DNA of 64,000 bases from Vicugna vicugna. Its lineage: Eukaryota. Within the stretch, counting starts at the first letter, position 1. Each line of letters begins with the position of its first letter. Location of the stretch: contig MU058463.1 in the NCBI GenBank assembly GCA_013265495.1, positions 2,813,523 through 2,877,522 on the forward strand, in the 5' to 3' direction. The translations under genes were made by a program, and so were the position numbers. The notes beneath the pieces were generated by a model. It ran no database searches and was not told the origin of the DNA. It saw only the letters and a program-made list of their open reading frames with translations. Positions 13,035 through 25,489 of the stretch are shown here, piece after piece.

Positions 13035-14199
13035 TATATACCCTTGAAGTCTTCATACAGTAATTACTTACTCAGTGCAAACTAGGCTCAAATTAACTGA
13101 TGCTGCCTAAGTGTCCTAAGGCTCATGTTAAGACTAGACCTTAAAATCTAGATGACAATTGAGAAGGCAGGCCATGGGGCCCATAAAAACGCAAACCTAT
13201 GCTGACAGAGGATGTCTCAGACTTAATGTTGAAATAGTCCATGTGAAACGAGGGCAGTGTAATTGGGATTCTCTCAGTGTGCAGTAGAGTATTAAAGAGA
13301 AGCTACCCAGATTATTATCATACCATTTATTTCCTTGGGTGTGTTTTGGAAAAAGGGGCCATCAGAGAAAAGTTAACTCTGAAGGAAGCTTGAACAGAAG
13401 AAAAGATTTTACTCATGAAAGATATCGATAAAGTTATAAAAGCAATGCCAAGGAACCAATCACCTGATTCTCAGTCCTGAACTTTGGCAAGACTTTAAAA
13501 ATATTTAAGTACGATTCTTCACTTGTGAGGAGTATTGACAGAATATTGTTGGCATTTCCTTTCATGCTTTTCTGGACTGCTTTAGCATTCTCCAGTTCTC
13601 CTTGGACTGTGAAAGGCCATGTCTACGTAACACTTACAAGTGTTCATTAAGAAAATATTTTACTTTTATCAAAGGCCTCTATATTCAATAAATGACGGAG
13701 AAGAGTGTCAAGTTCTACCAACTGAATCTGCCAGCATGGAGCCAGGTGCATGAGCAATACTTCCAGAAGAATTTGGTTACAGATAGGAACTGTCTCAAAA
13801 CTCAGAAATAACCTGAAACTTAAATGAAGTCGATACAGGTCAGTTGTTAATTTCCTAGACCTGGAAAGTCAGTCTTCAACCTATTTCAATAGTCCTACAT
13901 ATACGATGTTCTGGAAGAATGCCCCCAGTGAAATGTAGCATCATGTTGTCCCCTAAAATACAGAGTGGATAGACAGTCTTCATTTGAAGCTGGGAAACTC
14001 TTCACTGAAATGCTTCCATCACATCCTCACTTCAGTCCCTTGATTTGCTCCCTTTACTCTCTCCCAGGAGTTGGCATTTCTTTCCATCCCTGCCATCCGA
14101 AATCCATCCGTGCTGACCACAGATTTAACCCACGATGGCCACTCTGGTGTCCTGGAGCCTTTGAGGTCTGTGCCACTCATTCAGAACCTGGCCAGTTTG

Positions 14200-14345
14200 A
14201 GCCTACACTTTATCCTTATCTGTCTCTCTAACAGAATCAAAAGCTCCTTAAAAGCAGAAACTATATCTCCACTTTCTTCTGAATCCCCCGCAATGCCTAG
14301 CCTACAACTTTGCGCATTGTAGACATTCAATAAATTTGATTGATG
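14200..14345 (+). mobile_element. L2 3' end
   Basis: aagctccttaaaagcagaaactatatc...tgcctagc...tagacattcaataaattt. Confidence 0.7.
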
Positions 14346-17300
14346 GGTTTTAAATGCTTATGTTATTTTTTATATCTGGGTTCTGGGTACAATCTGGAGG
14401 ATTATTTTGATAAACAGTATAAAAAGATTTTTTTGTTTCAATCTACACAGATATATGCTATTTTTATTTTTAAAAAACTTAATTTGTGAATAAAAATTTG
14501 AATAGTAGTATTATGTGTATCTACCAATTTAATATAAATAGTTTCTTGGTCAATAAGTAAAAAAAAAATTGATTGATGATAATTGAACACACTGACTACC
14601 ATGAGTATCCTCAAAAGTCCCACACTGTTCCTAAAAGCCACCTACTCCATTGCTAGGACCAAGAGCCACTGTGACCCTCTCTATCCCTGTCGAAGCTCTG
14701 TATATTGGCTTAGCATAACAGGAATCCTGTCTTTCGTAAGACAGAAATCCAAACCTGAGGCTGGACCCCAATCTTCTCCCTGCATATCTCTAGGTTGTGG
14801 GTGAAAGAGAGAAAAATACCCTGCATCCATTGCTCAGTTTTATTGTCTTCAGCTTGGCTCCCAGCAGGTACAGGCTAGTGGTGCTGGCAAGCAGACACGA
14901 AAAATATCACCACAAAAGCATGCTTCCACAGAAGTAAAACTTCAAAGTAAAAATAAGGAGACTACATCTCATGTGAAATATCGTTTCACCCACTCTCCAT
15001 GAGTGAAGAGCATGAGCATTAGTGTGATCAGGGAAATGGGGAAGCAAACCTCTATTCCTTTCTCAGGGTTTCATGGTGCCCACATTCTCTCCCCAGTAAA
15101 ATCACAAGAGAACCTCATTCCCACCCTTCACAACAGCATGATATTATATGTAGAAAAATATTGTGTGTGTGTGCACGCACGCGCGCATCTATGTTGGGCT
15201 CCCATTCAGAAGGATTGCTTGGTTAACCCTTAAACGGATTTTGCTAAAAAATTGTTTTGCCCACAAAGGCTCCCCTCCACCAAGAAAGCACAGGGAAAAA
15301 CACATCGTTAAGAAAAGAGCCTGTTTTATAAAACCGAAAGTTGCTTTTGATTCAGCATCTCAGACTTTCAAAGGACTCACCTTGCTCGAGTCCATAGGAC
15401 AAGAAGAATTCTAAGGACAGCGCTGTCCTCCATCCAGCAGTGGAGGCTTGAAACAAAAAGTTCCCTGGTAGCATCAATCATGTTGAGCATTTGTGTTCTT
15501 TTTTGACTAAACACTGAGACAGTGATTGGAAAAATGAGAAACAGGGATGAGAAACAATAGAAAATTGCTGGCAATCCTCCCCCTCTACGACCACTTCCAA
15601 ATGATAGCTATAATTCAGTAAAGATCATCCAGGCTGGCATTTATGTTGATCATCACTTCCTACCAGCCTTGATTTACTAAATTCCTTCTAAATGAATTTC
15701 TAGCTGAGGGGAGTAAATTATATGTGAACACCCCTATCAATAGCAGCCTAAAATATATTGGCATGAGATCAAATAAATAGGGCGGATTAAATATATTAGT
15801 CTGGCACAGGATTGCACATGGTGAGCTGTTTTATAGGTTTGTGGCAAAGAAATAGAAGGCAAATTACAGATAAAAATACTGTCCTTAATATTGTTGTCTT
15901 GTGCGAGAAGGCTCCATCTTGCTAAACCGAATGAGAATTTAAGGGAGAGATTTGAGTCATACTCCTAAGTTTTTAAATCAGGAGGTAGTTCTCTTTCTAA
16001 GGATGTAGGATTTCATGTCTGGATGAGGAAGTTGCGGTAAGACTTGCTGGAATACTGAAAGCTGAATCCAAGAGGATGAATTGTAGACTCTCTATCGAGA
16101 GAGACATGGAAATGTTTGCTGATGAATAAATTTAAATTCATTACTGAAAACTGAAACAGCAGAGCATTTGTTAAAATTAGTCTACTACTTTAAACCGAGG
16201 GGAAAACTTTGTGCTCCATAAGGGGAAAGTGCTAATTTGTGAATTATTGACATTTTAACTCTCTCTTACATGATGTGTCTTCAAAATCTGCAATAGAAAT
16301 ATGACTCTCATTTTGTTATTAATGTTTCCAGAAAGGAAGGCCAGACAGAAGGAAAACATTTCTTCCTCAATTAAGAAGGCTTTTAAGCCTTTTTGCCTGA
16401 ATTTCACTAATGCCTCATTTCGCCAAATCAATCATGTTGCTCTGCTATTGTATTAAAATGTACTTCAAATGCTTGAAATCAGAAGTGACATTTTTTTTCT
16501 AAGATGCGTTACTAATAAAGTAACACGCGTTTTCATCCTGCGTGAAACAGCTGGACCATGACGAGATCACATTAGCACTAATTAAAATGATATTTTTTGT
16601 GCAGTTTTTGCTAACCCAGCTTCATTGGACTCAAAAGGATTTTTGAAATCCATAATAAGGCTATTATGTAATCTTACCATGATTCTCTTGAATCAGGCTA
16701 CTGTCTAATTTCTCTGCAACGATCTTTTCTTAAAACTCTTACTCAATAAAATCAATATTAAGTTTTTACTCTTATAGCTCTTTTTTCAATATATGAGCCT
16801 CATTTAATTAAAAAAAATTAAAGCTTTAATTTATTTTGCTTGATGAACAAGAAAAATATAATATTAAAGGCAACATTTTGCAATGTTTCTCTTTTTCCTC
16901 ACTTTACTGGGTCCCTGTTGTTCCCAACGTATAATTTGCAAAACATATTGCTTCAATACTTACAATGAGAGAGGCGGCCCAGCTGTGGGAGGGAGAGGAC
17001 AGCAGCCTCCAATATTACCATAATAATCTGCCTGGAGTCCCATGAGCCTTCTGGTATATACAATTCTCTGTACTGCAGGCCCCAGCTGGAGAACATTCTC
17101 TTGACATGTATGCCAACCTTTGCCTGCAGGCAAAATAAAAAAAGGCAGAGGAGTAATCATGAAAATAAAAAATCTTGTCAACTGCATTCGGATGCCGTTC
17201 CCATGTTTTTGCTCACGTAGGCAGGCATTGTGCTAACAAAATGATATGAGACTTTAAAAGACTGCAGCTGGTATGTATTTAGATTTTTTAAAAAAGACAC

Positions 17301-18229
17301 GTGCCATGTTAATTCTGCAATCCTAAAATTTGGGGAGGGAGGGGCCGGTGGGCAGTGATAGTTCAGTTATTACTGTCAATATATACAACAACTTTATTTA
17401 CCAACTATTACGCAGAAAATTGCTCATTATAGGCACTGAACAAAAAGGAGCAGCATCATGGTATTGAGGTTAATCATGGATGAAACTTTCAAACAAATAT
17501 TATTTCTATTCCTTGGCAAGTGAATATGAGGAGAACTTGAGCGCATACCAATTAACACCCTTTTTAAATGATCCCACAAAAACTAATGTTACTATATCTG
17601 CCTCTAAAAATTCAGTCCCAAGCCAAAGAAATTATATTAGCCTTTAAAATAATAAGGTAGAACTTCAAAAGCACTTCTGGAACAAAACATGTATGTCTCA
17701 AAACCGAAAGTTCAGATCGGGTTGTATTTTACTTTAAAACTCAATAAAACTCAATGGGCTTAGAATATTTCACGATTAATATGGGCAAGTCTGATATCCT
17801 GGCTATCACACTAGAAGTTCCTAAACTTCGTTTGTTGAAACAAGAGACTCTTCTGAGAACAAATTAATCCAGAATATATCTCCAGTCACACACATCCTAA
17901 GCACTTTAATCTGGGCAGCATCCCACTGGATAAATATTCCAAATAGGTAAGAAAATGTCTTTATGTCTTTATAAGACATTAACTTCCTTTGTCAAATTAA
18001 TTTTCCAAATACTGGACAGGCTGGAAGAGGGCAGTATAGTCTTGTATTAGCTCTTAAACATGCCTGCTTGCCAGAAAATGTTCAATTTTACTGTCTTTAC
18101 CAATATAGTTATGATAAGTCTCTCCACTTTGCAGATAAAGAGATGTAGACAATTGAGAATTTACAGTGTAAGAAGAGTTGTTAATAGTTGTTGATCACTT
18201 ATGAGGACAGGACATAAGAATTAGGTTTG

Positions 18230-18375
18230 CAATTGCCTATTTATGTGACTATTTAATTAGTTGTCAGTCTCTCTCACCAAATGTAAACTACATGAGGGCA
18301 GGATCATGGAAGTTTTATTTATTATTTCATCCCTAGTGCAAGGTGCACACTAGGTATTTGTTGAGAGAATAAGCA
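18230..18375 (+). mobile_element. L2 3' end
   Basis: aatgtaaactacatgagggcagg...tatttgttgagagaat. Confidence 0.7.
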
Positions 18376-18388
18376 CATGCATTTAATT

Positions 18389-18630
18389 ATTCATTCAATC
18401 ATTCAACAAATATTTACCAAAGCACTAGGGATACAGTAATGGAAAAAGGCTCATGAAAATCTCTGTCTTCATGGCATAAAAGACAGATAACAGATAAGAA
18501 AAATAAGTAAAATATATACTGTATTAGATGATGATAAATACTAAAAAGAAAAGTTTAGCAGGGAAGGAGGACAGACAGTTGGTCTGAGTGGGAGCCTGCT
18601 ATATTAGAAAAGGTGGCCAGGGATTCCCTG
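18389..18630 (-). mobile_element. L2 3' region
   Basis: attcattcaatcattcaacaaatattta...gcactagggatacag...ctctgtcttcatgg. Confidence 0.75.
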
Positions 18631-20269
18631 TGGCCACCACCCAACAAAAGCGTGAAATGAACTAGTTGTCTCCACCATGTAATAACTGAATAGGTCCTCA
18701 GTAAGAATCCGATAAAAAGGCAAAGAAAGAAAAGACTTAACATGCTGACCCCTTCCTTCATCATTGATGCAAATATCTGTATCCCTCAAGAAATTATAAG
18801 CCTGTCTAAAACAGAGCCAGCAACTCTTTTTGGATATTATCTTTGGCGCTTGGCATGGTGTCTTATACATAATAGATACTCTACAGTTATGCTGGATTGA
18901 CTTGGATTCTTAACAGAATAAAATGACAACAGTAGGAAGATCTCTACTCTAGGGAGTGGTAAAATAGCCAAGGATGGAGGAGAGCCACCCAACACACTCT
19001 GGATGTCCAGAAAGCAGAAGAGTGGGGCTGAGCATGTACCATCATCCAGCATAGAGTTTGATGCTGCCTGATGCTCCCTACACTCAGCTGCCCAGCCCTG
19101 AGATGACCACCTTTGGTCCCAAGAGAAAAGAAGGTAAGTTTATAGAGGACTGTGCATATGCACCATTACAACTAGGGAAATTAATCAAAGCCCTTGTCTT
19201 ACTAATGGGGGCTCACACTGGGATCATTTTCATCTAAGAAAGTAAGCATACATACGTCACTCTTGTGAAAATGGTCTTGAAGGGGAAATTCATGCCCTCT
19301 TTGTATTCATGTCTTCAATTTGCAGAGCTGAATACAAGCAAATAGCAAACCACATGAGGTCCTTGGGTAGAAGCTGCCTGGAGAGGTCAAATGGTGTGGT
19401 TTCATACAGCATGAGTCAAAAGAACATTGCACTCTACACAGAATTAGGAAAATGGATCACTGGAGACAGGATGAGGGGCTCTAGGGAAAATAAGCAAGTA
19501 ACAGTAAGAGACAGATGGGAAAGGCACTGGTATAGAAAGAGGATTACACAAGTACTGCCCAAAGTTGTTGAAGAATGTGCAGATGGCAGAGCAAGAAAGT
19601 TACAACTAACAAAATACAACGGTAGAAAGTTGTAATATCATGCATGCACTTCCTCTGCCTCTAGCTGAATGCAGATTTCCAGCCATATGCTCCCATTGTC
19701 TCTTGCTGACCAGCACTGAAGGCCAAAGCTTTCCCAACACAATCTCTATCTGAGACTAAGGCATTCATCATTGACTTCCTGGATCTTGGACAGTGTCTGG
19801 AAAACGTAGGCACTTAAATAATTTTTGCTGGTAACGAAGTCTTCAATTATGTCAGTCATTAACCTGATTCTTTAGTAAATCACAATGCTCACATTTTAAC
19901 TAGAGGTAGAAAAAAATACACAAAAGGTGATGAAAATAAAAAGGACAACAATAATCATTAAAAATAAGTAAATTTTAAAAGTTGATGTTGGTTAAGGGTG
20001 AAGAGAAACCAATAAGCTAATTCAAAAATACGTGTTTTGTTTTTACCAGGAAAGTACAGGTCAGCTGGTCACATCTTTGCAGAGAAAGGCACTTAGCATA
20101 GTGAACAAGAAGAGAATTAACTGAAATATCAGAGGTTTGTTAATTTGTCTTTCTAAGGGGCTAAAATATTCACACTCACTCCCAAGGCTCCATCCCTAGT
20201 GAATTATCACATAATAAGTAACCTGAAGTCCATATCTGTGTTGTTACGAATGACTGACCCCATCTCTCT

Positions 20270-21255
20270 CCAGGTCACATGACTCTTCTGAGCTCCACTC
20301 TTCTGCCTCCTGGACATCTCCAGCTATGTTTCATGGACCTTCAAATTCAACATACTCATAATTTCACCCTCCAAATTCTCTTCTTCTTTATGCTAATCTT
20401 CATAAAGGGCACCACTGGCTACCCAAGCCAGAAACTGGAAATGATGCTTGACTCTACTGTCAAATTCTCTTCACAATCATCAACAGCCTCCAGGCACTAA
20501 AGATTCTTTCTCCTACGGAACTCTTACACCTATCCCTTTCTCTGCAACTGTTATCATCTGGGCTCAAAAACTCTTCCTATCACAGCTGGGTTACTACATA
20601 TCTCCTCACTGGTCTTCTCAAAGGAAGAGCTTCCTCTCACCCCAACCAACACACACTCCTGAACCTCACCTGAGTGACTTTTGAAAATGCAAATATCTCT
20701 TGCCTCACTCATCCACTTAAAATTCTTCAATGCCCACTAGTTTGGGTTAAAGTCCCCTTTGCTTTTGGATTAAAGTCTACACTCTTGGCATGCAAAGCCA
20801 AGATGATGGCTTCTTTCTGTCTCCTCTTTTCTGACCCCCATGCTGTGTCAATTCTTCAGCCATAAAAATGACCTCCCCTCGATGTCACTTGCCTCAATTT
20901 CTTTGCTGATGCTCTTTATATTGACCTAAAATACCCAGTCGAGTTTTCCCGACCTAAACTAAATCTCCCTCAGCCTTTAAGAACTCCACTTAATCACAAA
21001 CTCTTTCTTTTATAATCCCTTCCCTCCTTCAGCTAAGTTACACAGCTCTTCCCTGTGTTCATAAAGGATTCCGTGCAGGCATCTACATAGCATTTACCAC
21101 ACTGAGGATTTCCAATTTCTTTTCCATATCTTCCATTGACTATGAGTTCCATGAGCACAGAGAGGATGGTTTATGCCTGGACCCCTACACCTAGCCCAGT
21201 GCTTATTGCATTGTAGCTGTCCAATCAATGTTTGTTTAGCATGTGAAGAAGAGAA
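20270..21255 (+). mobile_element. L2 LINE fragment
   Basis: acctt caaattcaacata, cttaaaattcttcaatg and 3' end gactatgagttccatgagcacagag...cctagcccagtgc...caatcaatgtttgtt. Confidence 0.75.
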
Positions 21256-21769
21256 TGAGTTTCCAGGGAAAGGACTGGATTATTGGAAAGAAAATACACC
21301 ATCTACTTCTAGATTAAAAATAACCTATTAGAAAAGGTAAGACAATAAATACTTCTTGTGTAACTACTTATCCCCAGCATTGGATCTAATGGTTAGGAGC
21401 CAAGGTGAGAGAGAAAGAAAGACTCAAAAAGACAGAGACAGAAGACAGAGAAATTTATTTGTACTTCACTGTGTGTTTACATGTTGCAGAAGTCTCCTGC
21501 ACAAGACAAGATGATTAGGAAAAGGTCTGGTAGACGAGAGCCTCTCGGGCCTAGTGCTGCTTAGAGCTCTAAAACCAGCAGGTCTGAAAGTGCGGCAGAA
21601 AGATGTGATTAAAAAAGAATTTGAACTGGGTACCAAAACAAATTTTCTAAGTGTCAATATACATTTGCTGAAACTATCTGGTTTTATTTTGGTTTTATGT
21701 GATATATTTTCAAGGGGCTATTTAAAAAGAATAAATCGGTTTTAGCCTATGATAAAATACGAAGCCATG

Positions 21770-22168
21770 CCAATTTTTTATTTTATGTTTTATTTTTTAA
21801 ATAAATATAATTTATTTAAACTAAAAACAAAAGCAATTCATCCATTTCTCCCACACCCCCACCCACCTCTGGTAAACACCAAAACTGTTGTCTGTGTCTG
21901 TGAGCTTGGTTTTATACATAAAAGAAAAAACTTTTATGTATGTGTTAATATATATATAGCTCTTTATATGTGGAATGTTTAAATATAATATATTTATATA
22001 CAACATATATTTTCTATATGTTCTATAGTAAAATATATAAATACATGCTTAGATTCCACACTTCACATATAAGAGAGATCATGCAGACAGTATTTGTCTT
22101 TCTCTGTCTGACTTGTTTCACTGAGCATAATGCCCTCAAGGTCCATCCATGCTGTTGCAAGTGGCAAC
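21770..22168 (-). mobile_element. L1 3' end fragment (L1MA-type) with AT-rich expansion
   Basis: ttagattccac...tatttgtctttctctgtctgacttgtttcactgagcataatgccctcaaggtccatccatgctgttgcaa is the reverse of the ORF2 end and 3'UTR. Confidence 0.85.
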
Positions 22169-24549
22169 CAGCTTTTTAAAGGAAAGTAAGAGCCAAACTA
22201 AAATGTTGCTTGTTTAGTCAAAGGAGCATATCAAATACGTATTGAAAACAAGATTAGTTCTAAAACATTTGCAGAGTCTAAAATGCAGAATTCAAATTTC
22301 TTGTCTGAGTTAAAGCTTTTTAAATAAGGCAACGCCCCCCATGGCCCCAGAATCTCCTACAGCACCCCCTGCTCTTTTGGAAGTCCATCTGAAGTCCCTT
22401 ATGCCTACATGCTGCCAACTGTCTTCGGCACAGAACTGCTTCACTCAGGCCTGCCTTCTCTAATGGCACCCTCTAATTCATGTCTCCATCACACCATCAA
22501 AACTTAGCAGTCCTGCGTTTCAATGCCTCAGGCTGTTCCAGTACAGCAACCTAAAAAAAGTGCCCACTAATGGTTCCTAACACAAAGTCAGTGGACTTCA
22601 AATCACAGTATGTAAGTAGCAGCTCCCTCCACCCTGTTTAATTCTTTTATGATTAGCAAGCTTTGCTCTTTCATCTTTTTACCACAGCCATTTCTCTTCT
22701 AACCAAACTCATTCTCAGTTCAGCCACGCAGGCACCATTGTGTGAACACATTCATTCTTTGCCTACTGTGTTCCTAGGTGCTCTCCCTAACCTGGACTGG
22801 CCATGTACTCACAGGGCTACAAGCTCATATTTCTGTTTGACTAGACCTCGGTGAACCCAGCAATGACAGACAAAAGTAGCAGAATAAGACAGTTTTAAAG
22901 CACAAGCCAATTGCTTGAGTCTGACTTCATACTGGGAGTATCTAATCGTGTGTCCCCCAAAACTTTATGATAGCACTGTGCAGCTGCACAAAGTTACTAC
23001 TTATCAATCTTTCAGTCTTTGGATCTTTTTAATCCCTCAAATACATCAAATAACTGGAAATTGTAAATGTCACATGATATTAACAAGGTGTTTTACTATT
23101 TGTAGTTTCCCTCCACTTTCTCACAATAGTGAATGTTTGGTAATCCTTTGTTTTGCTTTTGTCTTTCGAGGGAAGAAAGGCAAGTATTTTCCATCACTTT
23201 TCTTTCTGATCACTAAACCCTCCCAAGAAATCTTTAGTAGGCTACTGTTATAATACAGCAGGCAATATTGTTTTTGTTTTGTAAGTTGATTTAAAAAAAA
23301 CCTGTGGATTTCTTTTCCAAATTTTTCTATAAGCAAAAGATCATCAGTGGAGTTGGCCAATCAAGACCAATTGTTTGTCTAAGGAAATGGGACGTCCAAA
23401 CTCTATTTGAAATTTCAACATGCCAGCTACTTCCCAAGCATCTCAGGCCCATAGGGTTGGCAGGCCAAGGACACAGCCTGCAGACTTTGGAAGAAAAACA
23501 GCAATTACAAGCACTAAATAAGAGAATTTTTAAATTAAAATACAGAAGATTCTCATAAAATGCTCTCAGTCTTCTACTTAGATTTCTTTTTAAAGTCTAC
23601 ATTTTTGTTATGTTCATTTTTTCTAGGTATGGATTGAACAGTTGGTCTCATTTTCAGTTTCATTTAAATATTTATTGTATCTATATGGAGCACATTTCAT
23701 TACCCATTAAGAAACCCAATAAATATTTGTTGAATTGAATTAAATGGGCTTATATTACAATGCTGATATTGAGGAATAAACTAGACTTAAATTAAACTAA
23801 CTAATCTATATCAGTATTTTACTATAAGTAGATGGGTAATTCATATTACATCAGAGTAACAATTTGAAAAAATAACAAATAATTTTTCTGTAATTTCTGT
23901 ATCATTTCCTTTTCTACCAAAAAAAAAAAAAAGACTTGAAATAAAGGAAAAACTATGTGAAGGGAAAACTAAATAAAAACTGATTAAGATGAACATCTGG
24001 GAATCTACATTGCCTTCAGTATGACCCATCTTTTCTAATTAAAAAAAAAAAAAGGTAGTACATTTATCCTCTATATTGGTCATCCCCTTCTCTTAAACTT
24101 GTGTCTTTCTGAAGATGTGAGCAGCATCCAGATTATAATGCTAAAATCTAAATAAATTCTAGTGGCACTGGCAGTCAAAGCCAGCACTGCCCCTCAGTTT
24201 CCCTGTGGGCAACTCTCTCTCAGCAAGCTTAGCGGCTGCACAGCTTTGGATGCTTAAAGAGTCCCCATGGGCTAGCAGCTGCAGAAGGAAGTTTAAGCTG
24301 GAGAAGAGTCAATCTCTCTGTAACTAGGGAAAAAAATAAGGTGCTGATAATTCTATTTGCATATGTGGGAGCTCCTTTCCTGTCCAATTTCCTGGCTTAT
24401 CTTAGTCTTTTTTGTATATTCTTTGTGAATTTTATTTATGTGTTCAGATGGTTGTATTTTAAGGAAAAGCTATCAGGTATTCATAACGATCTGGTTGAAT
24501 ATTGAGGGGAAAGTATTAATGATCCTGTAAAAAAAAAAAAGTCAATCAC

Positions 24550-24690
24550 TCAATTAACACTCATTCATTCTACAAATAGCTCATGAGCATCAAGTGCTCG
24601 GCTATGTGCTGAGTGTACAGTTTTGAACAAGACAGAGTTTACAGTCTATTGGGGGAGATGGATGATCAAACAAGCAATTTAACAGTCAAG
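24550..24690 (-). mobile_element. L2 3' fragment
   Basis: cattcattctacaaata...gaacaagacagagtttacagtctattgggggagat. Confidence 0.6.
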
Positions 24691-25489
24691 TTGGGCAACA
24701 TATTACAAAATAAGCTTTAAAAATGTGGAAAGGAAGGAGATGACTTAATATTATCAGGAGAGATGGTGCAAAACAATGATCTGCTCTTGACATTTTCAAA
24801 ACCTGTTTAGGTGAAAGAGAGAGGGGACAAGAATCTTAGAAGAAACACTTCTAACTTCAATCTGGTTTTCCACCCACTCTAACTATCTCAGCCCCAGCAC
24901 TGGGCAACAGCAAACTTCCTCCTGTACTTGAATATATGTTCTCTGCAGAGCTAACAGGTGATACAGCAACAATATGTAAATTAACCAAGAGAAATGGAGT
25001 ACAAAGGCTATATTTGAAATTCTATGTGCAGAGCTAGTCTCCCAGTGACCTTACTGCAGAAAAGCAAACATTTCTGCCTCAGAGAAGGAGCAATGCACAT
25101 ACCAAAATAATCCATGCTACTCCATCTTTTTTTGATCTGAAAGAAAGCCCTCAGAGGGAGACACACTCGACAGTAAATGTTGCATCAGAAAGTCAAAATG
25201 GCACAGCGAATGGGAACATCAAAGTGTGTAATGTTGTGTAAAGATAACCTCCCTCACATACGTTAGGTTACACAAAATGATGACTATGAAATGCATTTAT
25301 TCTTTAATAAAGAAACTTACTTCGTGTGCTATTGTATATAGAAGGCCAATTCTGTCTTTTTTCATTAATTTGCTTTTCAGGAGCCCAAACCTAAATATGA
25401 TCGCATTTTTATGTTTCATATGACTTCTCTATTTTGAGCCAAGTTCTAAAACAGTTGTATAAGTTGAAGTAAAAAACAAAATGAGTGCC

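Noticed and set aside
19125..19140. Perfect donor AAG|GTAAGT
   Set aside because: No convincing upstream acceptor or reading frame; isolated consensus matches are expected by chance in 64 kb.
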